DNA of 64,000 bases from a virus. Taxonomy: Duplodnaviria; Caudoviricetes. Both the position numbers and the translations under genes were made by a program. The stretch is taken from the IMG/VR virus record IMGVR_UViG_2654588115_000002, positions 3,472-67,471 of that record, one strand, 5' to 3'. The notes under the pieces are model-generated. The model saw only the letters and a program-made list of their open reading frames with translations, was not told the DNA's origin and did not search any database. Below are positions 1 to 12,100 of this stretch, one piece after another (position 1 is the stretch's first letter; every line of letters begins with the position of its first letter).

Positions 1-11
1 GGAGAATAATA

Positions 12-179
12 GTGAGAGCAAAAGACTATTTGGATGATGACTACATCATGAGAAAACTGGCCGACGAAATGGGCTTTGATTATGAGGAAAATGAACGTCT
101 GCAGGCAGAAGCAGAGCGGCTGGAAAAAGAGCCCGCAGAAGAGGTGAAGGAAGATGGCGACCTACCGCGATATATTTGA
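12..179 (+). CDS. small acidic hypothetical protein (55 aa)
   Basis: GGAG at 1-4, GTG at 12, open to TGA 177-179; overlaps the start of the next gene; below the ORF-track cutoff. Confidence 0.5.
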   Translation: MRAKDYLDDDYIMRKLADEMGFDYEENERLQAEAERLEKEPAEEVKEDGDLPRYI

Positions 180-2526
180 TACCAGAGACCGATTAAATCC
201 CAAAATCGTGGATAGACTGCGCAGGTATGGCAATCTGGAGCCTCCCGGTGTATATGGCAGGCCTTATAACGGCGGGGCAAAACATGGCCATGAATATCCC
301 TTGTCGCGGGCAAACTACCTGCGGTTAGTTACCATGCAGGATGATGAGCACCAATATAAAGACCCGCGCTGGGTCTGGCAGGAAACCGCTAAGAAAAACG
401 GCTGGGTACTGAAGCCAACGGCCAGAGCGGCAGCCATTGAGGTATATCGGAAGGGCGAAGACGGCAAGGTTGTTCCTGACCTGTGGAAATTCTACAATGT
501 GGAGGATTTCAAGAACTATCCGTATAAGCCGCTGGAGGTAAAAGGGGATAGGCCGGAAGATTTCCGGCAGGCCATTGGTATCCTGAAGGATAATGGCATT
601 GATGTGTCATGGAAGGCTGGCAGTGAACAAATATTTGCTGCGGTTAAGCAATATGCCAAGGAACGCGGAGAAGATGAGTTTTCAGCTCCCATGACGGCGC
701 ACTTGTTCCTGAAGACAAACTACCTGAGCTATGATTATAAGAAGCACCCGCTCTATACGGAAGCCCAGCTGGATAAACTAGCCAACAACAACAAAATCAT
801 CTTTGCGGCAATCAAAAGGGCGCAAAACCTCTATGATAAGCTGGAAAGCATACAGGAAAAGGTACAGCGGCAGGAGCAGGCGGTAACGGAAGCTGTCCGG
901 GCAAAGGAAGTAGACATTAAGCAGGAGCCAGTCCGTAAAAATGGCCTGTTTCAGGATTTGTATGTGGATTTTGCCTGGAGCGAGACGCCCATCCGGAATG
1001 AGAAGGGCGAAGTCTATAAGGACGGTATACACTTAAATGGTGAGGATGCCTATAAATTCTTGGCTGCCTTTAATGCCATGGATAAAGATGTCTTTAACGA
1101 TAAGCTCCGGGGCGTTATGGGCTACAACAAGGTCAAAATGGCGGTTTCCTACGGAAAGTACCACGAAACGGAGTACAAGATTCGGGAGTTAGGCAAGCTG
1201 AATTTCAAAAATGAAGCCAGCCTTGCTAAAGGGTTGGAGCGGCATTTCAATGAATACAGAACAGCGCTAATTGAAATGCCTGAGCTGAGGCAGAATATCC
1301 TGCGGAAGAATCAGGGCCTTACTGATGAACAGATACGGGAAAGCAGTAAAGAGGCCATTGATTTTTGCAGCCGGGAGCTGCAGCAAATGAAGATGGAGGA
1401 AAAGCTGTATCTGGAACTGCATCCGGAGATTCAGGCCATAAATGCAAAAAAGGCCAATACCTATCTGTATGTGGCCAAGAAAGAGGATTTTAAGCGGTTT
1501 CCTTCGGCGTTTATCCTTGGGACGCATATGAATCCGGATATTAACGATTTGCAGGTGGCAGAAAAAGCCGGAGATTATCATACGTTCCGGGCAGGTCTCG
1601 GATTAAAAAGTGATGAGGTTGCCTTTGAATCAGCAAGACCGCTGAATAAGGGCAGCGCAGTAAAGCTTCCGGTGTATATGGCACTTACCATAGAGGATCA
1701 GGTGGCTTTTGTAAATATGCTGGGCAAGCTGAAGCTGGAAGTAGAAAATACCGGCCCTGTTATGGAAGGCCATGCCCCATCTAAGATGACTTACTGTGGA
1801 ATATCTGCCATAGATACTGTAGCTAAGCTCAAACAGCAGGATATGGAGGCGGCTCGAACAGTCAGGGAAAATGGCTTTATCGACCGGAAAACGGTAGAAC
1901 AGCAGCACCTTACCCTTAGCTATGGTAAGGAAACACTGGCAGATATCGTCTTTGAAGAAGGCTGCAGCAGACTGACAGGGGATTCTCTGGGACTGAAAAA
2001 GGCAGCAGAGGCAAGTGAAGAGTTGCAGGCAGTCCTAGAGTGTGCTATCAAGATGAAGGGGGGCGCAGATTCTCCCGATATACGAGCCCTGCTAAATGAT
2101 GAGCCTGTAGAACTCCCCAACTTTGAGGAAAGAAAAAACAAAGTGCTTGCCGATAAGCCCAACAGCCATGCCTTGAACAAGGATTTATGCAGGTACTATG
2201 AAAAGGCTGCATTGCAAGATTTCATGGCTGATACCAAAGAGAAGGTTATGGCCGGCATGGTAAAGCTTATGGAGGATGCAGGCCTAAGAGTCGTAAAGAT
2301 AGCTAATATTGCCAGAACGAACCCCGACTTTAAGCCTGAACTATTGCCCGAGAGAAACAGCAAGCTGACCATGGAGAAACAGGCAGATAAGGCAAAAAGA
2401 CAGGAACAAAAAAATCTCCTCAAAGCCGCCGTAAAAGAGGTAAAGAAGCTCTCACCCAAGGAACGCCTGCTTCAGGGCGTAGAAACATCCAAGGGACAGC
2501 AGAAGCAGAGGGAACTGGTGAAATAG
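154..2526 (+). CDS. polyvalent protein with ArdC-like N-terminal ssDNA-binding domain and LPD25-like domain
   Basis: N-terminal 'ANYLRL...YKDPRWVWQETAKKNGWVLK' resembles ArdC-N (DUF1738); central 'VDFAWSE...AMDK...GYNKVK' resembles LPD25; charged C-terminal tail typical of conjugative-element proteins. Confidence 0.6.
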   Translation: MATYRDIFDTRDRLNPKIVDRLRRYGNLEPPGVYGRPYNGGAKHGHEYPLSRANYLRLVTMQDDEHQYKDPRWVWQETAKKNGWVLKPTARAAAIEVYRKGEDGKVVPDLWKFYNVEDFKNYPYKPLEVKGDRPEDFRQAIGILKDNGIDVSWKAGSEQIFAAVKQYAKERGEDEFSAPMTAHLFLKTNYLSYDYKKHPLYTEAQLDKLANNNKIIFAAIKRAQNLYDKLESIQEKVQRQEQAVTEAVRAKEVDIKQEPVRKNGLFQDLYVDFAWSETPIRNEKGEVYKDGIHLNGEDAYKFLAAFNAMDKDVFNDKLRGVMGYNKVKMAVSYGKYHETEYKIRELGKLNFKNEASLAKGLERHFNEYRTALIEMPELRQNILRKNQGLTDEQIRESSKEAIDFCSRELQQMKMEEKLYLELHPEIQAINAKKANTYLYVAKKEDFKRFPSAFILGTHMNPDINDLQVAEKAGDYHTFRAGLGLKSDEVAFESARPLNKGSAVKLPVYMALTIEDQVAFVNMLGKLKLEVENTGPVMEGHAPSKMTYCGISAIDTVAKLKQQDMEAARTVRENGFIDRKTVEQQHLTLSYGKETLADIVFEEGCSRLTGDSLGLKKAAEASEELQAVLECAIKMKGGADSPDIRALLNDEPVELPNFEERKNKVLADKPNSHALNKDLCRYYEKAALQDFMADTKEKVMAGMVKLMEDAGLRVVKIANIARTNPDFKPELLPERNSKLTMEKQADKAKRQEQKNLLKAAVKEVKKLSPKERLLQGVETSKGQQKQRELVK

Positions 2527-2550
2527 ACCAAACTGGCAGCAAACTAAATC

Positions 2551-2586
2551 AAGGCTATGCGCAAAAAAATGTGCATAGCCTTTTCT
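2551..2586 (+). terminator. intrinsic terminator
   Basis: AAGGCTATGCGCA / TGTGCATAGCCTT stem followed by T-run. Confidence 0.8.
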
Positions 2587-2679
2587 CATGCTTAAGGCAG
2601 GTATTTGGCAGGCGGAAATTGAATTATACAGCAGGAATCAGAACGGTGCGTTTGAAAATGTGAAAGGGAGTAATTGGCT

Positions 2680-3072
2680 ATGAAACTGCTTAGAAGAATA
2701 CTATGTATTGCAACCTTGATGCTGGCCATAATAATGGTGCCCAACGGCCAGCAGACTGAAGCTGCGGATGTTTGGGTAGCCCACTGGAACAGTGAAGGAA
2801 TCGATGTTTACGTCATGGATGATACATTGTCACATGGAACGAGCTCAACTGGGCGCTGGTTCTCAATATCTACCAAGATGGTGAAAAATGGCCGCCTGAA
2901 AGAGGTCATCACATGGAATTACAGCAAATACCAGACGGATATGTGGCGCTACCAGACTAATACCATGGATAGGAGCCATGATACCGTTGTTTCACCTGGG
3001 GATAAAGTGTTTGCTTATGGTATGAACAGGATTGGCTGGTCTTATGAGGTTCGAGAATTCTGGGTATACTAA
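2680..3072 (+). CDS. secreted hypothetical protein
   Basis: AGGGAG RBS; signal-peptide-like N-terminus ending TEAA-D. Confidence 0.7.
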   Translation: MKLLRRILCIATLMLAIIMVPNGQQTEAADVWVAHWNSEGIDVYVMDDTLSHGTSSTGRWFSISTKMVKNGRLKEVITWNYSKYQTDMWRYQTNTMDRSHDTVVSPGDKVFAYGMNRIGWSYEVREFWVY

Positions 3073-3092
3073 ACGATTTACGAGGGCAAACC

Positions 3093-3485
3093 ATGGAAAG
3101 TATTGTATATAAGCCAATCGGGTATGTGAAATCACCATATACAAACCGGGAAGATATGCCTAGATTCTATACAGATAGCGGGGAAATTACTGCAAAGCTG
3201 GAACTACAACCGGAATATAAAGATGCATTGCTAGGCGTGGAGCCGGGAATGAAACTATTGATACTGTTTCATTTCCATAAAGGCAGTAGACATAGCCTGC
3301 AAGTGAAAAAGCGAGGCACAGGCCCTATAACAGGCGTATTTGCCACCAGAAGCCCCAGCAGGCCGAATCTCATCGGGGCTTCGGTTATAGAGGTAGTCAG
3401 GGTAGACGGCACGACAATAGAGTTTTTAGGTGTAGATGTGCTGGACGGGACACCAGTACTAGATTTGAAGTTGCAGAAAGAATAA
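3093..3485 (+). CDS. tsaA: TrmO/TsaA-like SAM-binding protein (tRNA m6t6A37 methyltransferase family)
   Basis: Motifs 'KPIGYVKSPY', 'GVFATRSPSRPNLIG', 'GVDVLDGTPVLDLK'. Confidence 0.85.
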   Translation: MESIVYKPIGYVKSPYTNREDMPRFYTDSGEITAKLELQPEYKDALLGVEPGMKLLILFHFHKGSRHSLQVKKRGTGPITGVFATRSPSRPNLIGASVIEVVRVDGTTIEFLGVDVLDGTPVLDLKLQKE

Positions 3486-4080
3486 ATGCTCAGGATTGAC
3501 ACGTGCAAAGGAGAAGCAGGTCATGACGTGAATTTTTTTCTATTTGTATTGACTGCTAATTAGGTATAGATAGTTGCTGGAAAGTTTTTTAGCAGGCTTT
3601 TTATCAGGCCATTACTAGGCTTACGCAAAAGGATGCATTATATCACTTGACCAAGGCGCTTTATTGTACCGTTCACGCTTTGGTGTGATGCCGATGGGTG
3701 AACAAATCATTATTGACCACTACACCGAAAAAGAGCAGGGAATGGAAAGTGGCTATAGGTTATCATTCAGGTACTGTCAAGAGAATACTTTCCTCCCTAT
3801 CCTTGGCTGTGTTTCTGTCTGATGCATAAAAACACCTTCCAAAGATGCAGAAAATTTAATAAAGCAAGCAGGAAAATTTATGGGGGGAGGAGAATTATAT
3901 AAAAATAGCCATTTTTAATGGCTCCACGAATTCCCTTAATTCAGCATCTAATGAATAGCCTTTCGTCAAATACCTGTGGCTGGAATTTCCCCTTATAAAT
4001 TTAGCTGCGGGTGTTATATGTTACGATTTAGGGGATGCACCAGATTATGTATTTCCTTTTTCCGTGGCAGGCGTACAGGC

Positions 4081-4115
4081 AACTCCTATTGCTTATGGCG
4101 ATAGGAGTTTTTTTT
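4081..4115 (+). terminator. intrinsic terminator directly upstream of a small ORF
   Basis: AACTCCTATTGC / GCGATAGGAGTT stem plus T-run. Confidence 0.7.
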
Positions 4116-4138
4116 CTGACGCAAAGGAGGTGCCGAAA

Positions 4139-4333
4139 ATGTCACCCAACGAAAATCAAAATCTCCATAGCCGAATAATGGCGATTGTCCTGAGCCTGGG
4201 CAACTATGACCGGCTGGAGGAATGGAATGAGGAAACACGGGATGACGTCCGGGAGATGTTAAGCGACCTTGAATACTATACGAAATGCGAGCAGAACTAC
4301 TACGAAAAATATCGTGAGGTACGGCAAAAATAG
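4139..4333 (+). CDS. small hypothetical protein (64 aa)
   Basis: AAGGAGG RBS at 4124-4130, ATG 4139, followed by a hairpin at about 4355-4400. Confidence 0.65.
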   Translation: MSPNENQNLHSRIMAIVLSLGNYDRLEEWNEETRDDVREMLSDLEYYTKCEQNYYEKYREVRQK

Positions 4334-4595
4334 AATGATGGTGGATTACTTAACGGAGCTGTGAGTTGGCTGTCAATGAACTTCACAGCTTCATTTTTTA
4401 CAGTTAAAAGAGAATATATAAGCAGTAAACAGTGGCTATAATAATTTACAGAAAATAATGAAATGTTGTCTTGCGGGGGGGGACATCTGTGTTATGATGT
4501 AATAAATAAGATGGGAATTACTAACTTTTTTGCCAGTGGGATATGGCTGAGAGACTGCGGAGATAAAAAATCGGGGACTTTAGGGGGCACAGGGC

Positions 4596-6071
4596 ATGAC
4601 AGATGCAAAACATATTGGAACAGTTTTAGCGGCAGTGATTCTGGCAGGTGCTTGGCAGGGAATGGTGCTGGGGGCACCAGTACCTGCAGGTGTTGAGCAA
4701 AATGAAGCCGGCGAAAACTTGCAGCGTGAGCAGCAGGAAAGACAGGAGGAAGCCGCCCGCCGCAACGGAGAAATTAATTTGAAAAATATCGTCGTGCCCA
4801 TCGGGCAGGTGGAGATTCATGTCGATGGCAAGATGACGGAGCAGGATATCCGTTATATTTTGCCGGAGCTTTACCGGAAGAGTGGGCAGGTACGGATTCA
4901 CCGGCTGGCCCAGCAGTTGCAGATGGCCAATGAGTCAGGAGCGGCTGTTTTTCACGCTGACTTCCACGATTCAGCCGTGCCGGGGAAATTGGCCGTAACA
5001 CTGACCGTAAAGGAACTGCCCAGCCAGCACGGTGCTATCACCGTAAGCAATACAGGCAATGAATACACTGGCGATTGGCGTACCACCACCAGCTTTATCC
5101 AAAGCAATTTATCCCGCAGGCTGGACAGCCTGGGCGTTGCCTGGGTGACCTCGCCGGAGAAGTTCACGGATGTTCAGCAGGGAGCGCTGTCCTATCGGTA
5201 TATGACACCGAAGACCTTGGGCACATGGAACCTTAACGCCAGTTACTCCAACGTCGATTTAGGCAATATTGCTTCTTCTAATTTGGCAGGTATTCTGGAA
5301 TATACGGCCAAAGGCCAGGGCACAAATGTCGGCCTTCATTACCAAAAGCATCTTGCCTATACGGCAAAAGAGCGGGACAGTTGGGATTTTGGCATCGACT
5401 ATCAGCGTTCCAACAGCAAATACAGCATTACCTTTCAGGCTTTTATTCCCTTTACGGATGCCTGGACCCAGGATTATCATGTGACTACGGCCAGCGTTGA
5501 TTTTCAACATCTGGAGCGGGGACGGCAGCATGTGTTCTATTGGGACGCGGGGGTGGCCAGCAGCCTGGACAACGCCGGGAAAAACTATCAGGCGGTGACG
5601 CCGGGCAGTGACAATCAGTTCACCGCTTTTAGAGGGAATCTTATCTATCAGTATCGTACGAAGACGAATTGGATTTTGGGTACCCGCTGGCAGGGGCAGT
5701 ATACCCAGCAGCATTTGGTGTCTTTAGCCCAGCTGGGTGCTGGAGGTGCCCGCACAGTACGCGGCTTTTATGAACGTGCAATCAGTGCCGATAAAGGTAT
5801 TTTAGGGAATGTGGAAATCTATACGCCGGAAATATGCAGGGGCTTGCGATTGCTGACGTTTGTGGATTTTGCCAGCCTGGCCAATAATCTGAATGCCAAT
5901 ACCAATACTTTTGGCAATGAAAGGATTGCTTCGGCAGGCATAGGCTTACGTTATACCAATGAAAAAAGTGGTCTGGGGATATCTCTGGACTATGCCAAAG
6001 TGATTGATGACATAGAGGGAACCGATAGTTCCCACCGACGCTGGAATGTGAATTGCAGCTATCGCTTTTAA
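4596..6071 (+). CDS. TpsB (ShlB/FhaC/HecB-family) outer-membrane transporter
   Basis: Signal peptide, 'SNTGNEYTG' barrel start, loop-6 'VRGF' motif, amphipathic beta-strands, C-terminal Phe; lies directly upstream of a TpsA. Confidence 0.9.
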   Translation: MTDAKHIGTVLAAVILAGAWQGMVLGAPVPAGVEQNEAGENLQREQQERQEEAARRNGEINLKNIVVPIGQVEIHVDGKMTEQDIRYILPELYRKSGQVRIHRLAQQLQMANESGAAVFHADFHDSAVPGKLAVTLTVKELPSQHGAITVSNTGNEYTGDWRTTTSFIQSNLSRRLDSLGVAWVTSPEKFTDVQQGALSYRYMTPKTLGTWNLNASYSNVDLGNIASSNLAGILEYTAKGQGTNVGLHYQKHLAYTAKERDSWDFGIDYQRSNSKYSITFQAFIPFTDAWTQDYHVTTASVDFQHLERGRQHVFYWDAGVASSLDNAGKNYQAVTPGSDNQFTAFRGNLIYQYRTKTNWILGTRWQGQYTQQHLVSLAQLGAGGARTVRGFYERAISADKGILGNVEIYTPEICRGLRLLTFVDFASLANNLNANTNTFGNERIASAGIGLRYTNEKSGLGISLDYAKVIDDIEGTDSSHRRWNVNCSYRF

Positions 6072-6102
6072 GCAGGTTGTCTCCAGGAAGGAGTGACTGG
6101 TC

Positions 6103-9100
6103 ATGAAACGGAATTGCCAGCAGAAGCTGAAATATACGAGCCTTGCTGCCATGATTGCCTTTACCCTGTCAACGGGGCTCGTTTATGGTGCAGATATGCC
6201 GGTGGATGGCAAGGTGGTGGCAGGCAAAGTTACCATTGATGGAACGGAATATATTCCTGCCGTGGGGGATAATCCTGCGGTGCTGATTAACCCGCTGACG
6301 GGAAAGACTTTAGTAGTAACAGGCAATAGCGTGATTGACTGGACGACCTTTGATATTGGCAGCGGCAAATCGCTGACTTTTGAAGGGCAGGGCAGCAATT
6401 ATATTCTCAACCGGGTTCCCTGGAATAATGCAGCTTCGGAGATTTATGGCATACTAAATACTCAGAATATACATTTTATACTGGCAAATCCTAATGGCAT
6501 AACTGTGGGGAATGGTGCGCAGCTCAATGTGATTGATGGCGGCAGTATTCTTTTGGCTGCTATGGGGGCTGGTTTCAATAACGCAAACAATAGCATAACT
6601 CTGCAAAACTACAACTACGGCGACAGGTCTTCTATCAACATTGGGGGGATAGAAGCTGTAAATGGCAACGTGGCGTTAATGGCAAAAACCATTAATGTGG
6701 CGGATGGCATTACATTTTCTGGGGATACAGCCCTGAAGTTGTTGGCTGGAAAGACCTCCTATAATCAGTCCATAACGGTTACGCCTGGTGAGGGTGTTGA
6801 TTCTATCGGCAGTAGCGGAAGCATTACATTTAATGGTTCTCTAGTTGATGATAGCCACAAGGTTAATCTGGGAGTGAGTGCGGACTCAATCACGATGTCG
6901 GCAGGTAAGAAAATCGCCCTTACGGGAACGGATTCTGCGGTGAATATCAATACGAGCAGGTTGCAGAATGCCGATATTACGGGCCCTGTAGTTACGTTAG
7001 TCAGGGATGGCGCAATCACTGTCTCTGACAGCAAGCTAACATCCACGGTGGGGGATGTCAAAGTTTTGTCCGGGACTTTGTCAGAGGATGGCAAGACCCT
7101 GAGCAATACTACTGTTACTAATAATAATTATATAGTGAACCACAAGGTGACGATGAACAATTCGTCTGTAATTTCGGCGGATGATGCAATCATTGCGGCT
7201 GCGGCAGTGGATATCAGCGGCAAAAAAGCAGGTGAAAGCGCTGCCATAGCTGCAGTGAACGATGTGTTTATTGCTTCTGGTAAGAATGTGCCATTGCAGA
7301 GCGGCAGTTTGACAACAGATGCGGGGATGAATACCTCTGTCACTGTTAGCAACGCAGAAATTCAGGGGCGCAATCTGACTTTGGCCGGGAATGACGTAAC
7401 CGTTACAAGCAGCAGCGAACTAACGGCAACTAATGATATGCAAATAGTTGCGGCACCTGATATTACCATATCTGGCGGAAAAGTTGTGTCCGGTCAGAAT
7501 AGTACTACTTCTAATGGCGGGGTAGAGATAACGGACTCTGTCTTGCAGGGGAAAAATATCAGCCTGACAGGAATAGCTGTGACTGCAAACGGAACCATTG
7601 GCAATGCAAGCACGGAGAACGTGCACCTGCTGGCAGGTCGTGATTTTAATTTCAGTGCAGACAGTATGACCAGAGGGATGACCGCCAATGTCACAGGCGG
7701 GACTATCACTGGCCATGATATATTGGCAGAAGGCGCAACGGTGGAAGTGGCCAATGGTGCTGCAATCCATGCAGTTAGCGCCGTTGAGAACGAAGAAACG
7801 GTAGCGGGGAAAGTGCGCCTGCTGGCTGGCAGCGGCGTTACAAATGGCGTTGTAACGGCAACTTCCGGCAATAAAGCTACTGTAAAAGGCACGCTTTCCG
7901 GCGGTGATATTGTCGTGGCCGGTGGTGCAGTGGATGTAGATGGCGGTATGGTCAATGCCGGGACGAATTCTGCTTGGCTGCTGGCCGGAAACAGCATAAA
8001 GACGACAGCTGCCATGGGCAGTGCAGATGCTGATGGGGTTATAACCTCGGCTGAAGGCAATGCCGTGACCATAAAGAAGGGGGCAACTGTGTCCGCAGAT
8101 AAGGTGCATATCGCCGGGTACTCCGCTGACCTTAGCAGTGCCACGAATAACAGTAGCATAACTGCGGCAACGGAAATCAATGCCGTTACCGGTTCGACCA
8201 TCAACAATAACGCAGGTACCTTGGTTCGTGAGGCCAATGCTGCCAGAGGGCGTTTCAGCCGTGATACGGCTTCTGTGGTTACGGTTAATGGCAGTGCTTC
8301 TTCGGCCATGATTGATATGCCCACTGATGGCAAAGTTATTTCCGGCAGCGTCAGCTATAAGGGCAACAGTTATGACGCAAGCAGCAATTACTATTTCAAT
8401 CTTGCTTCCGGTGATACCATTATGGCCAATAGCCATAGCATCATCAACTGGAATACCTTCGATATCGGGCTAAGTGGTGTGTTGAACTTTGACACGACAA
8501 ATGGCGCTCTTTTGAACCGCGTCACGGGCAGTTACGCATCCTGGCTGAAGGGTACCCTTAACCATACGGGAACCTATCCCTTGCTGTTGGTGAATCCCCA
8601 GGGCATTCATGTGTATCAGGGGGCAACCATCAATGGTGCCAATCTGATTCTTTCCGGGCTGGATATGACGGATACGGCATTGAGCAATTTTTCGACTGCT
8701 GGTGCGGTGGCCTATGATACTGCCTCCACAGGTGATGTGAATTTAGAGAGTGGCATAACTTTTAGCAATGAAGCTGAGAAGTTAGCTTTGGCAGGCAGGA
8801 ACGTAACGGTTGCCCAGAATACCATAAAGGCAGAGTCATTGAAGGCAGACGCTACAAATACAGCAACTTTGACCAATCTCACCTATACCGGAGCCCTTGA
8901 GGGCAATAGTGTCCTGGATAGCGCTGGGGGAAGTCTGACCCTTTCCGGCGGTAGTTATACGGGGAACACCAACTTGAAAGGCACAACGGTCAATATGGCA
9001 GTCACTTCCCATACTGGTAATGTGACTGTCCAGGGAACCACTGTGGGCATCAATGGCGGGACTTACACCGGTGACCTGACTCTGGCTGGCACGAGTGTCA

Positions 9101-12100
9101 GTGTGAGCGGCGTAGCTTTTGACGGTGAAGATAAGGCTCATAACCTTACCCTGTCCGGCCTTGGCGAAAATGGCGCTGTTACGGTGAGCAATAGCACCGT
9201 TACGGGGGCTGATGATGTTGTCCTTACGGGCAAGACGGTAAATGTCAGCCAGTCGGGAAATACCCGTGCCGATTGGACGGCTGAAACCTTCACCTTGGGG
9301 AAAGGGGAAAGTGCGTCCAATACTACTGGCATAACGAACATCAATCTGACAGTTACCAAGGCGGATACAACGCCCACGGTCGGAAATGATGTGGCCCTTA
9401 CCCTTAACAATGCTGCAATAAGTGCGCCCCAAATCAACCTTACCCCTGCCAGCCTGACCCTTTCTGGCGGCAGCTCGCTTATAAGTGATACCACTGTGGA
9501 TATTGCCGCTGCTGGCAGTGTTACTGTGCAGGGGGGCAGTGAAGTTACAGCTGAAACTGGCGACCTCAATGTTACGGCAGCGGAGGCACTGACGGTGAAA
9601 GGCGGCACCACCCTCGAAGCCAAGACGGGGAATCTCACGGCGAAGGGCGCATCAGTCGCTATAGGCGTGGCAAATGATACGGAAAATACCATCAAAGCCG
9701 ATGCTGGCAATATCACCATTAAGGCTGGCGTAGATGATGGCAGAACGGATGCCAATACAGTCAATATACAGAATACTGACCTGACGGCCAATGCGGCAGG
9801 AAAGAGCATTACTGTGACCGGGTATAGCGTTGATGCTGCCGGGGATTTGCACACGAAGACTGCAAACATGAGCGGCAATAGCGTGAATACTGCCGGTACT
9901 ACTGCGGCCGACACGGTGAATATCACGGGTACTGCCAGTGCGTCTGCTTCGGGAACGATTACGGCTGGTACTGTAAATATGAGCGGTGCTGACAGTGTAT
10001 CTGCTTCCGGCAATATTACTGCGGATACGCTGAATATCACTGGCATCAGCGCGACTGGCAGCCTTACTGTAGGCGGAGTAGTGAATGTAGCTAATGCTCT
10101 GACCTTGCAGGGCGGCAGCAGCGGCGGGGCTGTAATAAACGGCGCAATAACTGCGCCCTCCATCACGATTTCGGCCCAGGATGTCACCTTCAGCGGCGCG
10201 AATGTAACGGCTGCTACTGGTGATGTATCTGTAACTGGTAAGACCATTAGGACGAATGAATCTTATTATACGTCATCTGCTATCAACAGTGAAAATGGTG
10301 ATGTCCTGCTTATTTCCGGTACGAATACTGCGGGGGTTTATACCACCACCGAAGGTGGCAGTATTTCTGCCGACAAGATGAATATTACCGGCAATACCGT
10401 GACGGCTTTGGCCAGGACTACTTCCATCGAAAACGGCACAATCCACGCAGATAACATGCAGATTGCTGCTGCCAATACGGTTAATGGAAGCACCTGGGCG
10501 GCTGGATTTGGCGATACTGACAATCCCAACAACCTTACCCTGACCAATACCACCGTGCTCAGCAAGAACGGTGAGGGCGCTATTGAGAACGTCAAACTGG
10601 CAGGCAGCAATGTGACCTTTGGCGGTGGCGGAACGGATGCCCAGGCCTTCAAGGCAAATTCTTTGGCTGTGGCCAGTGACCAGAGCATCACCGTGGCTTC
10701 CGGCCAGGTTAATGTCACCGGCGCGGAGGGCATTTCTCTCAGCGGCAAATCAATTACCGTAGATGGCACCATCCAAGCAAGGCAGATAAATCTGACGGCT
10801 ACGGAAAATGATGCCACCTTGAATAGTGGTTCTGCCCTGAATACTACGGGTGAAGATGCAACAAATGCCATCAGCATCACAGCAAATAATGGCAATATCA
10901 ATGCCAATGGCAGCCTGACGGCTGATGACAGCATCACTATGAATGCAAAAACAGATATTGCTACAGATGGGACTATCACTGCAGCCACCGTTGGCATGAC
11001 GGCGGAAAATGACATTGGCACAGCAGGGACTATTACGGCTGATTCCGTAAGCCTGGCAGCAGGAAACGATATCAACTCTGCGGCAGATATAACGGCCAGC
11101 ACCATTACTATGGACGGCGGTGACGGGAAAGCAATCAGCGCCACAGGTGCATTGAATGCTGCAGGTGGTACGATTACCCTTGGTCACGCTCCTTCTGATG
11201 AGCCGGCAAAGGCTGGTACGAAAACTGTAACAATCGGGCCTGCAGCGGGAGCAAACAAGGCGGTACAGGCGCAGACTGTCAACGTGCAGGCAACGGACAC
11301 CATTGGCCTGAGCAGGGTCACCATGGAGACAGCCGACAGTCTGAATCTTGCCAGCAAGGAAGTCAGCATCACGGGGAGTTCTGTCACTACTGAGGGCAGT
11401 TTGACTCTTAACGGCACGGAAGATGCAGCGAACCCGTCTGTCAGCATCACGGGCAGCACATTGGCAGGAACAGCTATCAACGCAACCGGCAAGGGAATAA
11501 GCGTCGGCAGTTCCGACCTTACGGCTACGACTGGGGGAATTGCGGTCAATTCCACGGGTGAAAATGATATTGCTGTGACCAACACTGCATTGAAGGCTGA
11601 GCATGCAACGAATGGCAATATCTCCATAAACTCCGGCAAAGCTATTCAGGCTATTGGTGGCAGCATGACAGCAGGGAAGGATATCAGCCTTGCGGCGATT
11701 GCGGCTAAAGGTGGAGAAGATAGCGATGCTGCTTATGCCATCAAGGCATCTGCCAACATGACTGCTGGAAATGACATCGGCCTCACTGCTACTGCAGGTG
11801 AAGTGTATTCTGCTGGCAGTCTCACTGCTACAAGTGGAAGTATCACAATGGACAGCACAGATAGCTCGAAAATCAGCATGACGGGTGATTTGGCTGCGGC
11901 AAGCGGCACGGTCACCCTGGGCCATGCAGATGGAGAGCATAAGACTGGCATTGTCGAAATCAATTCCGGGACAAGCGACAAGGGCATCAAGGCAACTACT
12001 TTGCTGGTCAATGCAACGGAAGAAATCGGCATTCAGTCTGCTGCGATTGATGTGAATAGTGCTTTGCATCTGGGGAGCAAAAAGGTTTCTGTGGCAAGCA

